A stretch of 35,849 bases of DNA from an uncultured Dehalococcoidales bacterium (GTDB lineage Bacteria > Chloroflexota > Dehalococcoidia > Dehalococcoidales > UBA2162): assembly GCA_964354005.1 (NCBI GenBank), contig CAYGYD010000003.1, positions 1 through 35,849 on the forward strand, in the 5' to 3' direction. A model generated the notes under the pieces. That model was not told where the DNA came from and did not search any database. It worked only from the letters and a program-made list of their open reading frames with translations. Below, in pieces: positions 31,568 to 35,849 of this stretch. Position numbers and translations under genes: made by a program. The stretch's first letter is position 1, and each line of letters starts with the position of its first letter.

Positions 31568-32359
31568 ATGAAGCGGGCAATAACGGCGGGGATAGACATC
31601 GGCGCGGCCACTTCCAAAGCGGTGGTTCTGGAGGGCAATCAGATATTGTCCTACTGTATCATCCCCACCGGTGCCGAGAGTGTGGGGTCGGCGCAAAGGG
31701 TGATGAGCGAGGCGCTGAAGAAGGTGAGTAACCTGTCTCTGCCGGATATTGGCTGGGTTATTGCCACCGGGTATGGGCGGGTTATCGTGCCCTTCGCCAG
31801 TGAAACGGTGACGGAAATCTCCTGCCACGCTCGCGGCGCGAGCTGGATTTTCCCCAATGTGAGAACGGTGCTGGATATGGGCGGGCAGGACTGCAAGGCC
31901 ATCCGCTGTGACGAGCAGGGGAGGCTGGTCAACTTTGTCATGAATGACAAGTGCGCTGCTGGCACGGGCCGATTTCTAGAGGTAATGGCGCAGGTAATGG
32001 AGTTGCCTCTGGAGGATATTGGCGGTTTATCCTTGCAGGCAAGCCAGGAAATTCGCATCAACAGCACCTGTACTGTCTTTGGGAAATCCGAGGTAGCCTC
32101 GCTGATTCGCCAGGGTAAGGACCGGAAGGATATTTTGGCAGGATTGCATGTCGCCATCGTCAATCGGGTGCACAATCTACTAAGGAAAGTCGGCATCAAG
32201 CCGGAACTGGCTATTACCGGCGGCATTGCCAAGAATATGGGCGTCGTTCGCCGTCTGGAGGAGAGGGTGGGATTAACCGCTCTCTTGCCTCCCGAGCCCC
32301 AGATTGTGGGGGCGCTGGGGGCCGCCCTCTTCGCCCAAGAGAGGCTGGCCAGAAAATAA
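31568..32359 (+). CDS. BcrA/BcrD/HgdC-family ATPase (acyl-CoA dehydratase activase / benzoyl-CoA reductase ATP-binding subunit), copy 1
   Basis: 263 aa. It has an ASKHA-fold N-terminus (GIDIGAATSKAVV). The [4Fe-4S]-bridging Cys motifs NDKCAAGTGRFLE and STCTVFGKSEV are present, as is ITGGIAKN. Confidence 0.85.
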   Translation: MKRAITAGIDIGAATSKAVVLEGNQILSYCIIPTGAESVGSAQRVMSEALKKVSNLSLPDIGWVIATGYGRVIVPFASETVTEISCHARGASWIFPNVRTVLDMGGQDCKAIRCDEQGRLVNFVMNDKCAAGTGRFLEVMAQVMELPLEDIGGLSLQASQEIRINSTCTVFGKSEVASLIRQGKDRKDILAGLHVAIVNRVHNLLRKVGIKPELAITGGIAKNMGVVRRLEERVGLTALLPPEPQIVGALGAALFAQERLARK

Positions 32360-32375
32360 ATAAGGGGGGAAGACT

Positions 32376-33614
32376 ATGGTTACATCAACCAGTGCCAGAA
32401 AAGCTTTGCAGACAACGCTTGAGGTGCCAACATTACGGAAGAAGTACTATGCTCAGACTCTTGATGATTCCAAGAAGGGCAAGAAGGTAGCCTGGTGCAG
32501 TAACAATATCCCGGCGGAAATTCTGGATGCCATGGATGTCACCGCGGTATTTCTGGAAAACTATGCCACGGTGATTGCCGCCAAGAAGCTGGCGTCAGCC
32601 TATTGTATCGCTGGAGAAAAGGTTGGCTTCTCCCCGGATGTGTGCGGCTACGCCCGGATGCTCATGGGCTATATCCTGGCGCGGAGTGAAGTGCCCGAAG
32701 CTCCTTACGGTGGTCTGGCCAAGCCCGACTTTTTGCTGGTGAACAGCTATAGTTGTGACTCGCGGCTGGGCTGGTTTTCGGCGATGAGCCGGACCCTCAA
32801 TATCCCGCTCCATGTCCATGATGCACCCCACCAGCCGGACGGCGCCTGTGATTTGGCACACTACGCCGATTATACCGAGCGGGAACTGCGGAGCCTCGTT
32901 GCCTTTCTTGAGGAGCAGACGGGCGCGAAATTCAATCCGGACCGACTGAGACAGCGCCTGGCCCTGGCCCGGCAGACGAGCGAGATTCTTTTTGAGATAA
33001 ATGAACTGCGTAAGGCCGTGCCCTGCCCGATGGGGTCGGCGGATATGTTTACCGCCGTCTGGCCGGCACTATACATGGCCGGGACTAAAGGGTGCGAAGA
33101 TTTTTACCATCGGCTACGGACTGAGGTTGAGGAGCGCATTGCCAGAAAAACCGGGGTTGTGCCGGAGGAGAAGTTCCGACTGATGTGGAGCGGCATCCCC
33201 TTCTGGTATAACATGGGCCTCTTGAACTATGTTGAAGAATTTGGTGGGGTGGTCGTGATTGAGGGGTTCTACCGTTCGCGGGAGCACCGGCTTCCGGCTC
33301 AGAACGATGACCCCATCCGGGATATGGCCTTGAGCTCCACCCGACAGCGCGGCTGGCCAGCAAGTATTCTTAGCTCCATTGATGACCTGCTGGATGCCGT
33401 CAAGGAATACCGTATTGATGGGGTTGTCCTGTCCTTCAACCCATCCTGCCGGCTGTCCTATGTCTCGCAGGGAGAACTGCAGAGAGCGGTGGAAGACCGC
33501 GGCGTAGCCACTCTCGGTCTGGAGTGCGATATGGCTGACGAGCGTACTTACTCCGAGGGCCAGGTCAAAACCAGGCTGGATGCTTTTGTTGAGCGGCTGC
33601 TGGCCAAGAAGTAA
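32376..33614 (+). CDS. 2-hydroxyacyl-CoA dehydratase/benzoyl-CoA reductase family subunit (BcrC/BadD/HgdB-like)
   Basis: 412 aa. VAWCSNNIPAEILDAMDV.., ..VCGYARM.., SYSCDSR and FNPSCRLS are the spaced Cys blocks typical of the HAD/BCR (BcrAD_BadFG partner) family. Confidence 0.75.
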   Translation: MVTSTSARKALQTTLEVPTLRKKYYAQTLDDSKKGKKVAWCSNNIPAEILDAMDVTAVFLENYATVIAAKKLASAYCIAGEKVGFSPDVCGYARMLMGYILARSEVPEAPYGGLAKPDFLLVNSYSCDSRLGWFSAMSRTLNIPLHVHDAPHQPDGACDLAHYADYTERELRSLVAFLEEQTGAKFNPDRLRQRLALARQTSEILFEINELRKAVPCPMGSADMFTAVWPALYMAGTKGCEDFYHRLRTEVEERIARKTGVVPEEKFRLMWSGIPFWYNMGLLNYVEEFGGVVVIEGFYRSREHRLPAQNDDPIRDMALSSTRQRGWPASILSSIDDLLDAVKEYRIDGVVLSFNPSCRLSYVSQGELQRAVEDRGVATLGLECDMADERTYSEGQVKTRLDAFVERLLAKK

Positions 33615-33645
33615 CCGTACTGAAGTCTGCTTTCAGGGGAGAAGA

Positions 33646-34755
33646 ATGATGGAAGAATTTCGTCAAAATCGGCTCAACCGCCATCAAACTGCCATTCGGT
33701 GGAAGGAAGATAAAAAGAGCCAGGTAATCGGTACTTTGTGTTGCTGTGTTCCTGAGGAGATTATTCACGCCGCCGGCATGTTGCCCGTCCGCATTCTGGG
33801 GGCGCATGAAGAGACCACTGAAGCCGACCTGCATTTTCCCACCAACCTCTGCCCCTACTGTAAGAGTACCTTCGACCAGGCATTGAAAGGAAAATATGAT
33901 TATCTGGATGGGCTGGTTATCCCCAATGTCTGTAACATGATTAAAGCTATGTATGGCTTCAGTAAACTTCTGCTGGATATTCCCTTCATCTACTTTCTGG
34001 AAGTGCCCCAGCGGCTGGGCAGTAACGGCGCAGAATTTTTTGCCGAGGAGCTGGTGCGCTTTAAGGAATCGCTGGAAAATTTCTTCGGGAGAGAGATTAC
34101 CAGTGAGGCACTACGCCGTTCCATCAAGGTCTATAACGATAACCGGGTTCTTTTGAAGAGGATGTACGAACTGAGAAAGCGGTCGCCGCCGTTAGTATCA
34201 GGCACGGAAGCTCAGGAGATAGTCATCTCGAGCATGCTGATGCCCAAGGAATTGCATAACTGGCTGCTGGGGCAGTTTCTAGAGTGGGTTCAGAAGCGTG
34301 ACGACCCACCCAAATCGGGGGTCAGGCTTTTCCTGTCAGCCAGCGTCCTGGATGATACTGATTTCGTGCAACTGATTGAGGAGTGCGGTGGCAGCGTCGT
34401 CGCTGATGACATGCCGATGGGCAGTCGGTACTTTTCCGGGGCGGTCGCCCAGAACCGCAACCCGTTCTATGCGCTGGCTGACCGCTATCTGAACAAGATT
34501 GCCTGCCCCCGTAAGATGTTGCCTGCTGAGAGGCTGGCCTTCGGCGACCAGATGATGCGTGGGGCCAAAGTCAAGGGCGCTATCATCCACAGTATGCGGG
34601 CCTGCGACCCCCACCTGTACGAGTACCCACTGCTGAAAGCGAAGTTAGAAAGCCAGGGCTTACCTGTCCTGTTCTTCCGGGGCGAGGAGACAGAAACGGA
34701 GCGGGAACAGCAAAAGACGGATATTGAAGCCTTCATTGAGATGCTTGGGGCCTAG
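33646..34755 (+). CDS. 2-hydroxyacyl-CoA dehydratase/benzoyl-CoA reductase family subunit (BcrB/BadE/HgdA-like)
   Basis: 369 aa, trimmed to MMEEF (ATG 33646, GGGGAGAAG SD). Matching blocks are GTLCCCVPEEIIHAAGMLPVRI, NLCPYCKS, PNVCNMIK and HSMRACDPH. Confidence 0.75.
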   Translation: MMEEFRQNRLNRHQTAIRWKEDKKSQVIGTLCCCVPEEIIHAAGMLPVRILGAHEETTEADLHFPTNLCPYCKSTFDQALKGKYDYLDGLVIPNVCNMIKAMYGFSKLLLDIPFIYFLEVPQRLGSNGAEFFAEELVRFKESLENFFGREITSEALRRSIKVYNDNRVLLKRMYELRKRSPPLVSGTEAQEIVISSMLMPKELHNWLLGQFLEWVQKRDDPPKSGVRLFLSASVLDDTDFVQLIEECGGSVVADDMPMGSRYFSGAVAQNRNPFYALADRYLNKIACPRKMLPAERLAFGDQMMRGAKVKGAIIHSMRACDPHLYEYPLLKAKLESQGLPVLFFRGEETETEREQQKTDIEAFIEMLGA

Positions 34756-34770
34756 GCGGAGTGAGTTTTG

Positions 34771-35556
34771 ATGCTGGTCGCTGGAGTGGATGTTGGTGCC
34801 AGGAATATTAGCGTCGTGGTACTGCGGGATGGTGAAGTTGTCTCCTCAGACCGGTTCACTGTGGGGGGGGAGGGGGCCGCGGCTTCACGGGCGGCGCTGG
34901 CTGAGGTGCTGAAAAAGGCGAGCCTGAATCAGACTGACCTGCGGGCGGTGGTAGCGACGGGGTGTGGGGCGGAGAGTGTTGCCTTTGCCCAGCGTCAGAG
35001 TGCTGAGGTGGTCTGTCAGGCGAAGGGTGCTCACTTTTTATTCCCCTCGGTCAGGACGGTGCTTAACCTGGGTGCCGAGAGCAGTCGGGCCATCAGAGTC
35101 GGCGAGACGGGGCGTGTTGAAGCCTTTGCCAAGAATGATAAGTGTGCCGCGGGGTCAGGACTGTTTCTGGAAACGATGGCCAAGGTCCTAGAGGTGCCCC
35201 TGGAGCAGATGGGCGAGCTTTCTTTGCAGGCTGGGGGTTTTGAGGAGGTCAGTGGCATCTGTGCCGTCTTTGCCGAGTCGGAGGTCATCTCCCATATCCA
35301 CCGTGGGGTACCCAAAGACCGCATTCTGGCCGGTTTGCACAAGGCGGTCGTCGGACGGATTCTGGAGGTCCTGGCCAAGGTAGGCGTGAAAAAGGATGTG
35401 GTCGTCACCGGAGGGGTAGCTAAGAATGGGGCCATTATCAAGGAACTGGCGGACAGAATTGGGCTTGACATAATTGTGCCGCCGGAACCACAGTTGGTCG
35501 GGGCACTGGGCGCGGCGCTCATTGCTCGCGACCTGGCGACCAAGTCTCGCCAGTAA
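34771..35556 (+). CDS. BcrA/BcrD/HgdC-family ATPase, copy 2 (divergent paralog of 31568-32359)
   Basis: About 261 aa, with an alternative TTG start at 34768. GVDVGARNISVVV, NDKCAAGSGLFLE, GICAVFAESEV and VTGGVAKN are present. Confidence 0.85.
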   Translation: MLVAGVDVGARNISVVVLRDGEVVSSDRFTVGGEGAAASRAALAEVLKKASLNQTDLRAVVATGCGAESVAFAQRQSAEVVCQAKGAHFLFPSVRTVLNLGAESSRAIRVGETGRVEAFAKNDKCAAGSGLFLETMAKVLEVPLEQMGELSLQAGGFEEVSGICAVFAESEVISHIHRGVPKDRILAGLHKAVVGRILEVLAKVGVKKDVVVTGGVAKNGAIIKELADRIGLDIIVPPEPQLVGALGAALIARDLATKSRQ

Positions 35557-35611
35557 TTTCGTTCATGATATTATGGAAATTGTAGTCCCCTTCTGAAGTG
35601 AGGAGGCCTGA

Positions 35612-35849
35612 ATGGTCAATACCCGATTAGACCTGGAGCTATTTAAGATAAATCCGGCTTTATTTATTGAGAAGGTAATCAAGGAATACGCCGCCGAAAG
35701 CTCGGCTAACCATCTCAAGGTTCTGGACAATAACCTTATTTTTGACGAGCCACTGGTTGGCTTGGCTGACGGTGATGACCCTATCTTCCTTGCTTACAAG
35801 AAAGTAGTGGCTGATTCTCACCTGACGCCGCGGGAAGCATTTGAAATGC
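35612..35849 (+). CDS. partial ORF (79 codons, runs off the right edge); N-terminus resembles QueG/reductive-dehalogenase-superfamily Fe-S proteins
   Basis: AGGAGG at 35601-35606 lies 5 nt before ATG 35612. MVNTRLDLELFKINPALFIEKVIKEYAAESSANHLKVLDNNLIFDEPLVGLADGDDPIFLAYKKVVADSHLTPREAFEM. The block IFDEPLVG.ADGDDP.F..YK.....HLTPRE recalls epoxyqueuosine-reductase-like proteins, but this rests on memory only and no Cys motifs are in view. Confidence 0.4.
   Translation, partial: MVNTRLDLELFKINPALFIEKVIKEYAAESSANHLKVLDNNLIFDEPLVGLADGDDPIFLAYKKVVADSHLTPREAFEM

Noticed and set aside
1-35849. CRISPR arrays, rRNA, integrase/recombinase genes, reverse transcriptases, prophage structural genes
   Set aside because: I scanned for regularly spaced direct repeats and for the characteristic protein motifs in the ORF track and found none in this window.

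Overview
This is a 35.8-kb bacterial window. The core runs at about 55-65% G+C in hand-counted lines, and the left end is an accessory segment at about 37-47% G+C. The gene content includes indolepyruvate:ferredoxin oxidoreductase, a benzoyl-CoA-reductase/2-hydroxyacyl-CoA-dehydratase-type radical enzyme set, a QueG/Rdh-like fragment, Thr/Pro-tethered lipoprotein binding proteins and a SemiSWEET. This suggests a strict anaerobe, possibly Chloroflexota-like, but that is inference only.

Layout:
- (i) 1-7361: accessory/defence-type island. It holds an IS256-type transposase fragment and an RHH/ParE toxin-antitoxin pair placed directly ahead of a 1049-aa single-chain Type IIG/ISP-like restriction-modification enzyme. 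A 250-aa orphan ORF sits 3 nt after the RM stop and is probably translationally coupled, and a 25-aa CxxC..CxxC micro-ORF follows. A convergent 381-aa Cys-rich orphan and an NTF2-like protein come next. The island ends at a beheaded tRNA-Arg(CCU), which keeps its 5' half and its promoter.
- (ii) 7453-12631: housekeeping-like genes. These are a GT-C membrane glycosyltransferase, ComM/YifB, a SemiSWEET, an MFS transporter and two small Cys-rich basic proteins.
- (iii) 12742-16224: iorAB and an ornithine cyclodeaminase-family gene.
- (iv) 16225-16667: a divergent intergenic region with three tandem perfect GC-rich hairpins and a promoter overlapped by a 10-bp inverted repeat.
- (v) 16668-23027: an alkyl-sulfatase-like MBL hydrolase, an ABC-2 exporter operon and an acyl-CoA synthetase.
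- (vi) 23147-31380: a tandem duplication of about 4.1-4.2 kb. Each copy carries permease-permease-binding protein (Dpp/Opp type) with no ATPase genes. The promoter/leader and an intercistronic SD+ATG-TGA element are duplicated too.
- (vii) 31568-35556: a four-gene benzoyl-CoA-reductase-like cluster with two different activase-type ATPases flanking two dehydratase/reductase-type subunits, followed by a partial QueG/Rdh-like ORF.

No rRNA, CRISPR array or intact tRNA was seen. The best candidates for something undescribed are the TA-RM-orphan operon with its convergent Cys-rich orphan, and the two-ATPase BCR-like module.
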